Assembly (NCBI GenBank): GCA_041661605.1
Contig: JBAZUE010000002.1
Coordinates: forward strand, 40,010-104,009
DNA length: 64,000 bases
Source of the DNA: Candidatus Omnitrophota bacterium
Lineage (GTDB): Bacteria > Omnitrophota > Gorgyraeia > Gygaellales > Profunditerraquicolaceae
Reading direction: 5' to 3'
Shown here: one piece after another, positions 54,739 to 64,000 of the stretch
How positions within the stretch are numbered: position 1 is the stretch's first letter
Layout: every line of letters begins with the position of its first letter
Translations under genes and position numbers: made by a program
Notes under the pieces: model-generated
Databases searched by the model: none
The model's input: only the letters and a program-made list of their open reading frames with translations
What the model was told of the DNA's origin: nothing

Positions 54739-56034
54739 ATGCAAAAAGTATATACTAATATTATTCAGATAGCCGGCGATGTTATTACCGTAGAAGCAGA
54801 AGGGGTGGGATATCTGGATATTGCTGAAATTACCACCCGCCGAGGTGTATCCCTGGCTCAAGTTATTCGTATCGATTCCCAAAAGATCTTTCTGCAGGTT
54901 TTTGCCGGCAGCCGAGGCATATCCACAGGCGACAAAGTAAGGTTTTTAGGCCACCCCATGCGTGTTGCTACAGGAGAGAATTTATTGGGCCGAATATTTA
55001 ATGGAAGCGGCCTGCCTTTAGACCACGGCCCGGCTCTATCGGAGGATATGGTTGAAATTGGCGCCCCACCGGTTAATCCGGTAAAAAGAATAATTCCCGG
55101 CAAGATGATCCGTACCGGCATTCCCATGATTGACGTTTTTAATTCTTTGGTAGAATCCCAGAAATTGCCAATTTTTTCAATTGCCGGTGAACCATACAAT
55201 GAGCTTTTATCAAGAATTGCTATCCAGGCTGAAATTGATATTATTATCCTCGGAGGCATGGGTTTAAAATATGACGATTATTTATTCTTTAAAGAAACAT
55301 TAGATAAGCATGGGGCTTTAAGCCGTTCTATATTTTTTATGCATACTGCGGCTGACCCTGTGGTTGAATGCCTGCTTGTGCCGGATATATCCCTGGCCGT
55401 TGCCGAGGATTTTGCTTTAAAGGGGAAGCGTGTACTGGTGCTGCTTAGCGATATGACTAATTTTGCCGATGCCTTAAAGGAAATCTCCATAACTATGGAA
55501 CAGGTCCCTTCTAATCGCGGCTATCCAGGGGACCTTTACAGCCAGTTAGCCAGCCGTTATGAAAAGGCAGTGGATTTTCAGGGAGCCGGCTCAATTACAA
55601 TTCTTGCTGTAACCACTATGCCCGGAGACGATGTAACACATCCTGTGCCTGATAATACAGGCTATATTACCGAAGGACAGCTATACCTTAAGGGTGGAAT
55701 TATCGAGCCATTTGGATCATTGAGCCGGCTTAAACAACAAGTAAACGGAAAAACCCGTTCGGATCACCGTACAATCATGGATATGATGATCCAGCTTTTT
55801 GCCAATTATCGGCAGACTATCGAGAAACAGTCGATGGGTTTTCAGATGAGCGCCTGGGATAATAAGTTGCTTAAATACGGCGGGCTTTTTGAGCAAAATA
55901 TGATGTCGCTTAAGGTAAATATCCCTTTGGAGAAAGCTTTAGACCTGGGTTGGCAGATATTGGCAGAAGCTTTTAGCCCGGAAGAAACCGGGATCAAGCG
56001 TTCAATTATTGAGCAATACTGGCCGAAGAGATAA
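54739..56034 (+). CDS. atpB: V-type ATP synthase subunit B
   Basis: Subunit B homology, with no canonical P-loop. Confidence 0.9.
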   Translation: MQKVYTNIIQIAGDVITVEAEGVGYLDIAEITTRRGVSLAQVIRIDSQKIFLQVFAGSRGISTGDKVRFLGHPMRVATGENLLGRIFNGSGLPLDHGPALSEDMVEIGAPPVNPVKRIIPGKMIRTGIPMIDVFNSLVESQKLPIFSIAGEPYNELLSRIAIQAEIDIIILGGMGLKYDDYLFFKETLDKHGALSRSIFFMHTAADPVVECLLVPDISLAVAEDFALKGKRVLVLLSDMTNFADALKEISITMEQVPSNRGYPGDLYSQLASRYEKAVDFQGAGSITILAVTTMPGDDVTHPVPDNTGYITEGQLYLKGGIIEPFGSLSRLKQQVNGKTRSDHRTIMDMMIQLFANYRQTIEKQSMGFQMSAWDNKLLKYGGLFEQNMMSLKVNIPLEKALDLGWQILAEAFSPEETGIKRSIIEQYWPKR

Positions 56035-56651
56035 TGGCAAAGATAAGGCTTACTAAAGGTGAATTAAAGAGGCAGCGGGATGCCTTAAAGCAATTTCAGC
56101 GTTATCTACCCACTTTGCAATTGAAAAAACAGCAGTTGCAGCTGGAAATACTGCAACAGAACTTAATCCTCGAAGAGAGGAAACATTCCTTAATCAATAA
56201 AAGACAAGCGCTCGATCATTGGATTGGTTTACTGAATCATGCGGAAATCGATTTAAAACCTTTTTTATCGCCAAGTAAAACAAATACCCATTTTAAGAAT
56301 ATCGCCGGAGTCAATATCCCTGTTTTTGATTCGCTGGAATTCGAGACTAGCGAATATGATCTATTTTCTACTCCTTTATGGATTGACGCGGCAATTGAGG
56401 CACTTAGGGAAACTGTTATTTTAAGAAAAGAGATTTCTCTGCGTCATGAAGGTGTTGCCGTATTGCGACATGAGCTGCGTATTACGACTCAGCGAGTAAA
56501 TCTCTTCGAGAAGGTTAAAATCCCGCAGGCGGAAGAAAATATCCGCCTGATTAAGATTTACATAGGTGACCAGATGGCTAATGCCGTTGGCCGCTGTAAA
56601 ATCGCCAAGCGAAAGATCGAAGAGCTGGTTTTGGAAGAGGCTTTAGCATGA
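56034..56651 (+). CDS. atpD: V-type ATP synthase subunit D
   Basis: 205 aa coiled-coil protein, [35 protein letters not shown]. Confidence 0.85.
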   Translation: MAKIRLTKGELKRQRDALKQFQRYLPTLQLKKQQLQLEILQQNLILEERKHSLINKRQALDHWIGLLNHAEIDLKPFLSPSKTNTHFKNIAGVNIPVFDSLEFETSEYDLFSTPLWIDAAIEALRETVILRKEISLRHEGVAVLRHELRITTQRVNLFEKVKIPQAEENIRLIKIYIGDQMANAVGRCKIAKRKIEELVLEEALA

Positions 56652-58429
56652 TTATCAAAATGAAAAAAGTTTTTCTGCTCATCCAGCAGGCCCAGGCGCA
56701 AATTGCTTTAGGCCATTTAGGCGCCCTGGGAGTAGTCCATGTTGAGCATGAAAATGTTCCTTCCGGTACTGAGCTTAATGAGATCAATGAAAAGCTGGCC
56801 CTTATTGAACAAGCCAGGTCTGTTTTAGCTACAGCTACCCGGGGGCCTGCCGCAGAACATCCGGGCGTTAAATTAGAAAAGTGGGACTTTGTTTGCCATC
56901 ATGTTATTGATTCGCAGAAAAGATATGACCAGTTAAGGGAATATTCGGTAACCTTGCATAACTGGATAGATTTATGGGGGCCCTGGGGTGATTTTGATCC
57001 CGCGCAGGTAAAGGCCCTGCAACAAAAAAATGTCCTGATTAAATTTTACCAGATCCCCAAAGATAAGATTAAAAGCCTGCCCCAGGGTCTCTTATTAAAA
57101 AAGATTTCTACGCAGGGCGCATTAATAAACTGCCTGGTTGTTGCGACAGAAAACATGGAGATTGGTTTTAAGGAGTTAGAGTTACCTAAGTTATCGCTAT
57201 CCAGCATGCGCAACAGGCTTAATGAAGATACCAGGATCATGCAGGGCATCAGGGATGAGCTGTCTGCTTACCTGGCCTATAATAATGATTTGATTTTTGC
57301 AGAAAAATCTCTTTTAAATCAAAAAGAATTTTATTCTGTTTTAAAAGGAATGGGCCGGGACAGGGAAATAGTTTATTTAAAAGGTTATATACCTATTGAC
57401 GCGGAGGATATGCTGCTTAAGCAGGCAAAACAAAATGGCTGGGGAATTTTAACCCTGGAACCTAATGAAGATGATGCTGTGCCGACCTTGCTGCGTAATC
57501 CCGCCTGGATCTCGCTTATCAAACCATTGTTAAAACTACTGGAGCTTACTCCGGGGTACCGTGAAATTGATATCAGCCCGCTTTTTATTATATTTTTTAG
57601 CCTTTTTTTCGGCATGCTTATCGGGGATGCCGGATGCGGAGCAGTTTATTTCTTGCTTACTTTCTGGCTGCAGAAGAAGATCGGGCATAAAGTTAAAGAT
57701 AAAAGCGTCTTTTTTCTCTTTTATATCCTAAGTTTTTGCGCTATTATATGGGGGTTGTTGAGCGGAGCATTTTTTGGCCAGGAATGGTTATTGAACAGAG
57801 GTATAAAGCCACTGGTTCCGGCGCTGCTTAACACATCATTTGTCCAGGCATTATGTTTTTTTATCGGAGCCCTGCACCTTACTCTGGCCCATAGCTGGAG
57901 AGCGGCGCTGAAGGCCCCGGCATTACCAGCCCTGGCTGATATTGGGTGGATCTCTATTATTTGGGCTGTATTCTTTTTGGCCAAAAGCTTGCTTTTAGGC
58001 GATGCCTTTCCGTTATTCGGCAATTGGCTGATTATGGCCGGATTAGTTCTGGTTTTGTTCTTTACTGCTCCGCAAAAAAACATATTTAAAACAATCGGCG
58101 CAGGTTTAGGTACTATAGCTTTGGGCCTGGTAAATAATTTTACCGACGTAGTTTCTTATATCCGTCTTTTCGCGGTGGGCCTGGCAGGCGTAGCTATTGC
58201 GGATGCTTTTAACGCCATGGCTGCGGGGATAGTTAAAAAAGGGGATTTTTTAACTATAGTCATCGCCGCTTTGATTCTGGTCTGTGGGCATGTGCTTAAT
58301 ATTATCTTGGGCCCGATGTCAGTTTTAGTCCACGGGGTAAGGCTTAATGTGTTGGAGTTTTGCAGCCATGCCAATGTTGTCTGGGATGGTTTTGCCTATA
58401 AACCGTTTGAAAGAAAGAAGGAGAATTAA
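56648..58429 (+). CDS. atpI: V-type ATP synthase subunit I (a-subunit)
   Basis: 593 aa, soluble N-terminal half and a C-terminal half with about 7 TM helices. Confidence 0.85.
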   Translation: MIIKMKKVFLLIQQAQAQIALGHLGALGVVHVEHENVPSGTELNEINEKLALIEQARSVLATATRGPAAEHPGVKLEKWDFVCHHVIDSQKRYDQLREYSVTLHNWIDLWGPWGDFDPAQVKALQQKNVLIKFYQIPKDKIKSLPQGLLLKKISTQGALINCLVVATENMEIGFKELELPKLSLSSMRNRLNEDTRIMQGIRDELSAYLAYNNDLIFAEKSLLNQKEFYSVLKGMGRDREIVYLKGYIPIDAEDMLLKQAKQNGWGILTLEPNEDDAVPTLLRNPAWISLIKPLLKLLELTPGYREIDISPLFIIFFSLFFGMLIGDAGCGAVYFLLTFWLQKKIGHKVKDKSVFFLFYILSFCAIIWGLLSGAFFGQEWLLNRGIKPLVPALLNTSFVQALCFFIGALHLTLAHSWRAALKAPALPALADIGWISIIWAVFFLAKSLLLGDAFPLFGNWLIMAGLVLVLFFTAPQKNIFKTIGAGLGTIALGLVNNFTDVVSYIRLFAVGLAGVAIADAFNAMAAGIVKKGDFLTIVIAALILVCGHVLNIILGPMSVLVHGVRLNVLEFCSHANVVWDGFAYKPFERKKEN

Positions 58430-58431
58430 AA

Positions 58432-58890
58432 ATGGAAACAGGAGCTTTAATGCAATTTAAGGATTTGGGATTAGGGTTGGTGCTCGGCCTTTCTGCTTTA
58501 GGTTCTGCCTCCGGGGCAGGCGTTGCAGGAATGGCTGCTATAGGGGCATGGAAGAAAAACTTTAACCAGAACAAAAGCGCTTCGTTTTTGTTGGTTGCTT
58601 TGGTCGGAGCCCCCCTAACCCAGACAATTTATGGCAATATTGTAATGACCAAGATGATCGAGCTGGCTAATCAAGGCCATTATCTTTGGGGTATCGGAGC
58701 TCTTAGCGGTGCTGCCATAGGCTTGTCAGCGTATTGGCAGGGAAAATGCGCTGCCTGCGCCTGCGACGCTATGGGGGAAACCGGCAAGGGTTTTGGAAAT
58801 TACCTGGCGGTTTTGGGGATCACTGAAACCGTTGCGCTTTTTGTAATGGTTTTTACTTTGATTATCCTGGGGAAACTCTCCGGGGTCTAA
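58432..58890 (+). CDS. atpK: V-type ATP synthase proteolipid subunit K
   Basis: 152 aa, four hydrophobic helices rich in Gly and Ala, conserved acidic residue (GITETVALF). Confidence 0.85.
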   Translation: METGALMQFKDLGLGLVLGLSALGSASGAGVAGMAAIGAWKKNFNQNKSASFLLVALVGAPLTQTIYGNIVMTKMIELANQGHYLWGIGALSGAAIGLSAYWQGKCAACACDAMGETGKGFGNYLAVLGITETVALFVMVFTLIILGKLSGV

Positions 58891-58958
58891 ATCTTGGGGC
58901 GATTAGCTCATCCCCTAGAGGGGATTTCGCTAATCCGCGGTATAGTAACCTGGATTTA

Positions 58959-59035
58959 GGGCGATTAGCTCAGTTGGTTAGAGCGTCTGATTTACATTCA
59001 GAAGGTCAGGGGTTCAACTCCTCTATCGCCCACCA
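58959..59035 (+). tRNA. tRNA-Val (anticodon UAC), CCA encoded
   Basis: Acceptor GGGCGAU/AUCGCCC, anticodon loop UUUACAU, T-loop UUCAACU; 77 nt. Confidence 0.85.
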
Positions 59036-59105
59036 TTAAACTTTGAAATAAATAGTGGATTTTAGTTTAAAAGAAAGTATAATAAATTCCTAAAATTTAT
59101 TTGCG

Positions 59106-59184
59106 GGGGTCGTGGCCTAGTCTGGTTTAAGGCGCCTCCCTGTCACGGAGGAAATCGCGAGTCCAAATCTCGTCGGCCCCGCCA
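59106..59184 (+). tRNA. tRNA-Asp (anticodon GUC), CCA encoded
   Basis: Acceptor GGGGUCG/CGGCCCC (one G-U pair), anticodon stem CCUCC/GGAGG with loop CUGUCAC, discriminator G. The T-loop UCCAAAU is slightly unusual. Confidence 0.7.
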
Positions 59185-59298
59185 ATCTTTACCCTTCCTA
59201 TTAAGATTTTCTAAAGGCATCTTTTGCCTTGAGTTTTCCCGCCGCGAGTGCTACCATAATTTAAGTTTTTAAGCATAAGCTGCCTATAAGCTTAAAAG

Positions 59299-60813
59299 AT
59301 GATAAAGAAAGTCTCGCTTTCTTTAATTATAATCTTTAATTTTATACCTAAGGCCAATAGCTATGAACTGCTTAATAATGAACAGTTAATCTTGGGTTTA
59401 AACACTTATTTCCGCACGGACCTGGTTAATTTTAAGAACGTAGTAGATTTAGACAGCCATAATAAAGACGACCAGACTACTTATTTAGGCATAGACTATA
59501 GTTTTGCTTTTAGCGTCGATTTCAAAGATACGGGAAATAAATTTTATATTAAACTGGAGCGTAACGGGCCGTATGATTACAGCGCTCCAATCTTTATTCA
59601 TAACACATTAATTAACTCCGGCGGCAGGGTAGAGAAATATCGCAACGCAGAATTACTTCCTCAGGTTGAAGAGCTTTGGTTAGATAATAAATTTTGGGGC
59701 AATCTTGGCCTTAAAGCCGGAATATATATTTATGAAGTAGGCAATGGTTTTAGCCTTAATGGCGGGTATGAAAACTACGGAATTGCCCTGTATCAAGAGA
59801 CGCAAAATTACTTTTGGCGCCTTTATTATTGTCGGCCTGACCTGGTCTATAAAAATCAATTAGGCCCGCATATCAAACAAGAAGAAGAGCAGGGGCAAAA
59901 ATATGAGCCTAATGCGGCTAATTTTTTCGCCACAGATATCAAATTTGCCGCAGGCAAACAGGTATTTTGGCCCTATGTTGGCATGCTGGCAGATTATACC
60001 TCTTGCGGTAAAAGGGATAATCTTTTTGCTGCTCCTGTAAAAAGAGATTTGCTGGGTACTTTTGGAACCGCCTGGGAGTATAATGCTGACGAATTCACGC
60101 TAAAATTGGAGGCAGCGCATAATTTCGGTTATGCCCGGAGCCAGGATAGTGTTTATAAGGATATCCAGCATACCGGTTATATGTTTTATTCCGGGTTAGA
60201 TTATACCCTTGGAAAGTTCGTTCCGGAATTTCAATTTCTGTTTTGTTCCGGGAATAAGACCACTCCGGAGATGGCGGAGAGCGGTGATGTCCTGTATCCC
60301 GGGAGTAAGAATCGAGCTTTTAGCTATTATTCTCCAACTAACGTTAATTTGGGGGATTCAATAAGCAGCAGCAATGTAAATATGCTTCCCATCGTAGCGA
60401 TGGGTGGCGGTTATGGTTTAAATTATGGAGTTGCGCGGCCGGGCACGTTTTCTTCGGGGGATTTTGAGAATCTGATCATGCCTTCAATCGGCTTTGATTA
60501 TAATCTTACTGAAAAGCTTTGCTTGGGTTTGTATGGATATTACCTTAGCGCATTTAGCCGTCCGGTGGGCAGATTAAACGGAGAAGGCAAGTATCTTTCC
60601 CGGGATTTAGGTTATGAGGCAGATATTTATATTGATTATAAGGCAAGCCAGCATATGACTATTGGTTTCTTAAGCGGGTGTTTTATCCCTGGTAAGTTTT
60701 ATAAAGAGAAACGCGATGACACAGGCGGAAGCTTATTTAGCCCTTATTTGCGCGGCGATGGTTCGGCAAATAATGCATATCAGCTTGAGTTTTACGTAGA
60801 GTTAAAATTTTAA
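59299..60813 (+). CDS. putative outer-membrane beta-barrel protein
   Basis: N-terminal signal peptide, alternating hydrophobic/aromatic beta-strand pattern rich in Tyr and Gly, C-terminal ...YQLEFYVELKF ending in Phe (the OMP beta-barrel signature). Confidence 0.5.
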   Translation: MIKKVSLSLIIIFNFIPKANSYELLNNEQLILGLNTYFRTDLVNFKNVVDLDSHNKDDQTTYLGIDYSFAFSVDFKDTGNKFYIKLERNGPYDYSAPIFIHNTLINSGGRVEKYRNAELLPQVEELWLDNKFWGNLGLKAGIYIYEVGNGFSLNGGYENYGIALYQETQNYFWRLYYCRPDLVYKNQLGPHIKQEEEQGQKYEPNAANFFATDIKFAAGKQVFWPYVGMLADYTSCGKRDNLFAAPVKRDLLGTFGTAWEYNADEFTLKLEAAHNFGYARSQDSVYKDIQHTGYMFYSGLDYTLGKFVPEFQFLFCSGNKTTPEMAESGDVLYPGSKNRAFSYYSPTNVNLGDSISSSNVNMLPIVAMGGGYGLNYGVARPGTFSSGDFENLIMPSIGFDYNLTEKLCLGLYGYYLSAFSRPVGRLNGEGKYLSRDLGYEADIYIDYKASQHMTIGFLSGCFIPGKFYKEKRDDTGGSLFSPYLRGDGSANNAYQLEFYVELKF

Positions 60814-60828
60814 AGGCGGAGGAAGAAA

Positions 60829-61149
60829 ATGGCTACTATTGATGATTTTAGAAAGCTGGATTTAAGAATAGCAGAGATAAAAGAGGTTAATGAGCACCCG
60901 AATGCGGATAAACTGTTAATTTTAACCCTGGATTTAGGCGACAGGCAGAAACAGGTGGTTGCTGGAATCAGAAGTTTTTATTCCAGGGAAGAGCTTTTAG
61001 GTAAACAGGTGGTTGTGGTAGATAATCTTGAGCCGGCAATCTTGCGCGGGGTAGAAAGCCAAGGGATGATTTTAGCCGGGTCCGATGAAAACACCCTGGC
61101 CATACTTAATCCTGAGAAGAAACTTAAATTAGGAAGTATTGTTAAATGA
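60829..61149 (+). CDS. tRNA-binding protein (CsaA/Trbp111, EMAP-like domain)
   Basis: 106 aa; LDLRIAEIKEV..HPNADKLLILTLDLGD...VVAGI matches the Myf/EMAP tRNA-binding domain. Confidence 0.75.
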   Translation: MATIDDFRKLDLRIAEIKEVNEHPNADKLLILTLDLGDRQKQVVAGIRSFYSREELLGKQVVVVDNLEPAILRGVESQGMILAGSDENTLAILNPEKKLKLGSIVK

Positions 61150-61655
61150 TTAAACAATTTGTCCCGCAGGAATTTTGCCTTAAATGCCAGGGTTGTTGCA
61201 GGTTTAAAGAAGCTGACTCAGTATGGAGCCCGTGTCTCCTGGATGAAGAGATCCAGGAGCTATTAGACAGAAAAGGCATCCCCGTTGCTTCTATTTCTAT
61301 TGATCGCCGCATACAACCTATATCCGGACCCAATGGATTAGATTTTATCTGCCCGTTTTTAAGCAGCCTGGATAATAAATGCGGAATTTACGGCATCCGG
61401 CCATTTGAATGCCAGCTGTATCCTTTTTTGATTAATTTGCGCAAGGATAAAGTGCTCCTGACCGTTGATTTAAATTGTCCTTATGTTTGCGAAAAGATAA
61501 ATAGCCCGGAGATCAAAGATTATATCTCTTATCTTGCGGGTTATCTGAATTCTCCGGAACAGATAGAGATGCTGGAAAACAATCCACAGCTTATCCAGGC
61601 TTATGAAGAGGTTAGAGAGGTTGCTGAACTAAGATTCCCCCGTGAAATTAAATAA
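61146..61655 (+). CDS. YkgJ-family cysteine-cluster protein
   Basis: CLKCQGCC ... CPFL...CGIY..RP.ECQLYPF, the PF03692-type CxxCxxCC pattern. Confidence 0.7.
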   Translation: MIKQFVPQEFCLKCQGCCRFKEADSVWSPCLLDEEIQELLDRKGIPVASISIDRRIQPISGPNGLDFICPFLSSLDNKCGIYGIRPFECQLYPFLINLRKDKVLLTVDLNCPYVCEKINSPEIKDYISYLAGYLNSPEQIEMLENNPQLIQAYEEVREVAELRFPREIK

Positions 61656-62538
61656 ATTAGCTTTAAGAAATAAGAAGTTATTTAATAGGCACCTTGCTTT
61701 TTCCAGACGGGAATTGGCGGCATTTTCCTTTGCGAATATCTATATTTGGCGGGCGATCTTTGATATCCAATGGGTTTTAATTGAGCACAGCCTTTGCATA
61801 TTCTTTCGCGATAATATCGGTTGTTTTATGTACCTGCCGCCGCTGGAAAAAGAGCGCCACCCCCTGGTTATAAAGCAGGCATTTACGATCATGGATGGCT
61901 TTAATAAAAACAAGGACATCTCGCGCATTGAAAATATCGGAAAGGAAGATTTAGAATATTACCGGGCTTTGGGTTATTTGTGCCACCAGAAATACCCTGA
62001 TTATCTTTGTTCAAGAAGCGACCTGGCGTTTCTTAAAGGGAATAAATTCAAATCTCAACGCGCCTCGTATAATTATTTTATCAAGCATTATAATTTTGAA
62101 GCGCTAGAATTTAACTCAGAGGATAAAGTCGGCTGCCTAAGCCTGTTTAATGATTGGGTAGAAGACCGTAAAGCGCATTGTAATGAAGATATCTATTGTG
62201 GCATGTTAGAGGATAACCGCAAAGTAATTAAAGAAGCATTGCATAATTATAAGCAACTTGGTTTAGAGGGGTTAGTAGTTAAGATTGATAAGCAGGTCAA
62301 GGGGTTTACTTTGGGCTATAAATTAAATAATGATACATTTTGTATACTCTATGAGATTACAGATCTTTCTATCAAAGGGTTGGCGCAATTTATATTCCGC
62401 CGTTTCAGCGAGGAATTAAAAGATTATAAATATATCAATATCATGGATGATTCAGGTTTGGATAACCTTAAGAAAGTAAAACTTTCTTATAAACCGGAGC
62501 GGTTGATTGCCGCCTATATCGCGACTAGGGATGTTTAA
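61642..62538 (+). CDS. DUF2156 (phosphatidylglycerol lysyltransferase C-terminal-like, GNAT-fold) protein
   Basis: FSFANIYIWR....W..IEHSLCIFF and C-terminal INIMDDSGLDNLKKVKLSYKPERL resemble DUF2156 family members as I remember them. Confidence 0.5.
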   Translation: MKLNKLALRNKKLFNRHLAFSRRELAAFSFANIYIWRAIFDIQWVLIEHSLCIFFRDNIGCFMYLPPLEKERHPLVIKQAFTIMDGFNKNKDISRIENIGKEDLEYYRALGYLCHQKYPDYLCSRSDLAFLKGNKFKSQRASYNYFIKHYNFEALEFNSEDKVGCLSLFNDWVEDRKAHCNEDIYCGMLEDNRKVIKEALHNYKQLGLEGLVVKIDKQVKGFTLGYKLNNDTFCILYEITDLSIKGLAQFIFRRFSEELKDYKYINIMDDSGLDNLKKVKLSYKPERLIAAYIATRDV

Positions 62539-63358
62539 ACATATTGATGAAGTAGAATTTACTATATTTGACACCGAGACTACTGGGCTTAATCCAAATT
62601 CCGGAGACCGTATAGTTGAACTGGCTGGTTTAAGGGTTAAAGGCAAAGAGAGGATCGCGAAATTTGACGCGTTAGTTAATCCGGGAAGAGAAATCTCTCC
62701 GGAAGCTTTTGCGGTGAATAAAATCACTCCGGAAATGCTCAAGGATGCCTCTGATATAGGGATAATAATGCCGAAGTTTCTGGATTTTATCCAGGGCAGC
62801 TATCTTTGCTCCTACAATGTAGAATTTGATTTGAGTTTCCTGAACAATGAATTAAAGATTAGCGGCCTGCCGGCATTAAGCGGGCAGACTACCTTTGATA
62901 TATTGACCATGGCAAGGCGCCTTATGCCAAATCAAGAGCGTTACGCGCTTTGGTTTATTGCCGATAAATTAGGGTTTAAGACTAAGCAGCAGCACCGGGC
63001 TTTTACTGATGTGGAAATGGCCTGGGAAGTCTTTGATAGGTTCAAAGATATGTGCCAAGAAAAAGGAATTACGGGCTTTACAGATTTCTCCAGTCTTTTT
63101 GCTTTCAACCCGGTCTTTTTGGAAAGCCCCGCTTTTTTAAAAATATCCCAGGTTGAGAAAGCGATCAATTTAAAGGCACATTTAAAGATAAAATATTTGT
63201 CTACAAAAGATGCGGGTATTTCTTTAAGAGAGGTAATCCCCAGGCAAATCCGGCAGAATGGTAAAAATAAATATTTAATCGGTTTCTGTTGCTTGAAACA
63301 AGAGGAGCGCATGTTTAAGATCGATAATATACTGGGGCTGGAGATAGTTCAGCAATAG
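62531..63358 (+). CDS. DnaQ-like 3'-5' exonuclease (DNA polymerase III epsilon-type fold) with a C-terminal extension
   Basis: Exo I motif FTIFDTETTGL, Exo II ..YNVEFD..FL, Exo III H.A..DVEMAWEVF. Start taken at MFKHIDE rather than the ORF-track 62507. Confidence 0.75.
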   Translation: MFKHIDEVEFTIFDTETTGLNPNSGDRIVELAGLRVKGKERIAKFDALVNPGREISPEAFAVNKITPEMLKDASDIGIIMPKFLDFIQGSYLCSYNVEFDLSFLNNELKISGLPALSGQTTFDILTMARRLMPNQERYALWFIADKLGFKTKQQHRAFTDVEMAWEVFDRFKDMCQEKGITGFTDFSSLFAFNPVFLESPAFLKISQVEKAINLKAHLKIKYLSTKDAGISLREVIPRQIRQNGKNKYLIGFCCLKQEERMFKIDNILGLEIVQQ

Positions 63359-63374
63359 ATGAAAGGCAGAAATT

Positions 63375-64000
63375 ATGTTTGCCAGGCATAAGGATAATTT
63401 AGGCGCGGAACGCAGAAAATATATCCGGTTGGATACTGTTTTACCTGTGCAATTCCGCCTGGAAAGTTTGGATAGCAAGCAATCCCTTTCACCCTGGATC
63501 CAGGGGTTTACCAATAATATCGGACACGGAGGCATCTGTCTTTCAGTAAATGATCTTTCGCCCGAGTTTATTAAGCTAATTCGGGAGAAGAAGGTTAGGC
63601 TGGCCATAGAGATTGAGATGCCGTTAGGTGGTAAATCAATATGCGCATTGGTCTCGCTGGCCTGGACAAAAGAGAACGGCGGCCTGTCAAACCGTTTTAT
63701 GCTGGGTTTGGATTATGAAAAGATCAACCAGGGGCAAAATTATATTCTTATACGTTATGCCTGGGCAAAAAAACTATTTCTTCCCTTGGTGGTTTTGGCT
63801 ATTGCCATTTTGAGCTTGTCTTTGGGCTTTGGCGCCTATTTAAACATGCAGCTGACCCATAAGAACAAGATGCTTGTTGAGGAACTCGTAGGAGTATTGC
63901 AGGAATCCAAACTTGTCAAACAGCAGTTAGAGCAGATAGCCCGGGAAAGAATTATATTACAAGGCAAGATTGAATCACTGACCCTGCAAATTAAATCTGC
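63375..64000 (+). CDS. PilZ-domain protein with a TM segment and coiled coil; 3' end beyond the window
   Basis: My own translation: MFARHKDNLGAERRKYIRLDTVLPVQFRL...NNIGHGGICLSV (PilZ RxxxR and D/NxSxGG motifs), then a hydrophobic helix LFLPLVVLAIAILSLSLGFGAY and a coiled coil. Not in the ORF track because it is truncated by the window edge. Confidence 0.7.
   Translation, partial: MFARHKDNLGAERRKYIRLDTVLPVQFRLESLDSKQSLSPWIQGFTNNIGHGGICLSVNDLSPEFIKLIREKKVRLAIEIEMPLGGKSICALVSLAWTKENGGLSNRFMLGLDYEKINQGQNYILIRYAWAKKLFLPLVVLAIAILSLSLGFGAYLNMQLTHKNKMLVEELVGVLQESKLVKQQLEQIARERIILQGKIESLTLQIKS

Overview
This 64-kb window is the replication-origin neighbourhood of an AT-rich bacterial chromosome, and most of the space is taken by one 22.2-kb gene.

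Genes left of about 7.6 kb are all on the minus strand: thrS (partial), a tRNA-Cys/Leu/Val cluster, coaC, rpoZ, gmk, yicC, ndk, parB, parA, a Jag_N-only gene, yidC, yidD and rpmH. Genes right of about 7.9 kb are all on the plus strand, starting dnaA, dnaN, a DUF721/DciA-like gene, gyrB, a membrane protein, gyrA, tRNA-Glu, glmS and rsmI. This divergence sits at a putative oriC that carries a perfect DnaA box.

The dominant feature is a single uninterrupted ORF at 19355..41530 encoding a 7,391-aa protein with an N-terminal signal-peptide-like segment. It contains:
- two HExxH motifs;
- a roughly 1.5-kb internal direct duplication;
- HEAT-like short repeats;
- a caspase-like His/Cys signature;
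- an internal twin-arginine (Tat)-like hydrophobic segment;
- HAD, cyclic-nucleotide-binding, HD and GT9 heptosyltransferase-like modules.

This architecture matches no described system that I recognise, and it is the main candidate for novel biology here.

Downstream lies a pyrimidine cluster: pyrR (preceded by a sigma70-like promoter and an attenuator-type terminator), pyrB and pyrC. These are followed by an endonuclease-Q-like PHP protein, tRNA-Arg, a LOG-family protein, only the C-terminal half of a split carB, mutM, an ICMT-family methyltransferase, and pyrK, pyrD and pyrF.

A chlamydia/spirochaete-style V-type ATPase operon comes next (E, a DUF2764-like gene, A, B, D, I, K), then tRNA-Val and tRNA-Asp. 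The window ends with an outer-membrane beta-barrel candidate, a CsaA-like tRNA-binding protein, a YkgJ cysteine-cluster protein, a DUF2156 protein, a DnaQ-like exonuclease and a partial PilZ protein.

No CRISPR array, transposase or integrase was seen. All calls come from reading the sequence and its translations; no database search was run.
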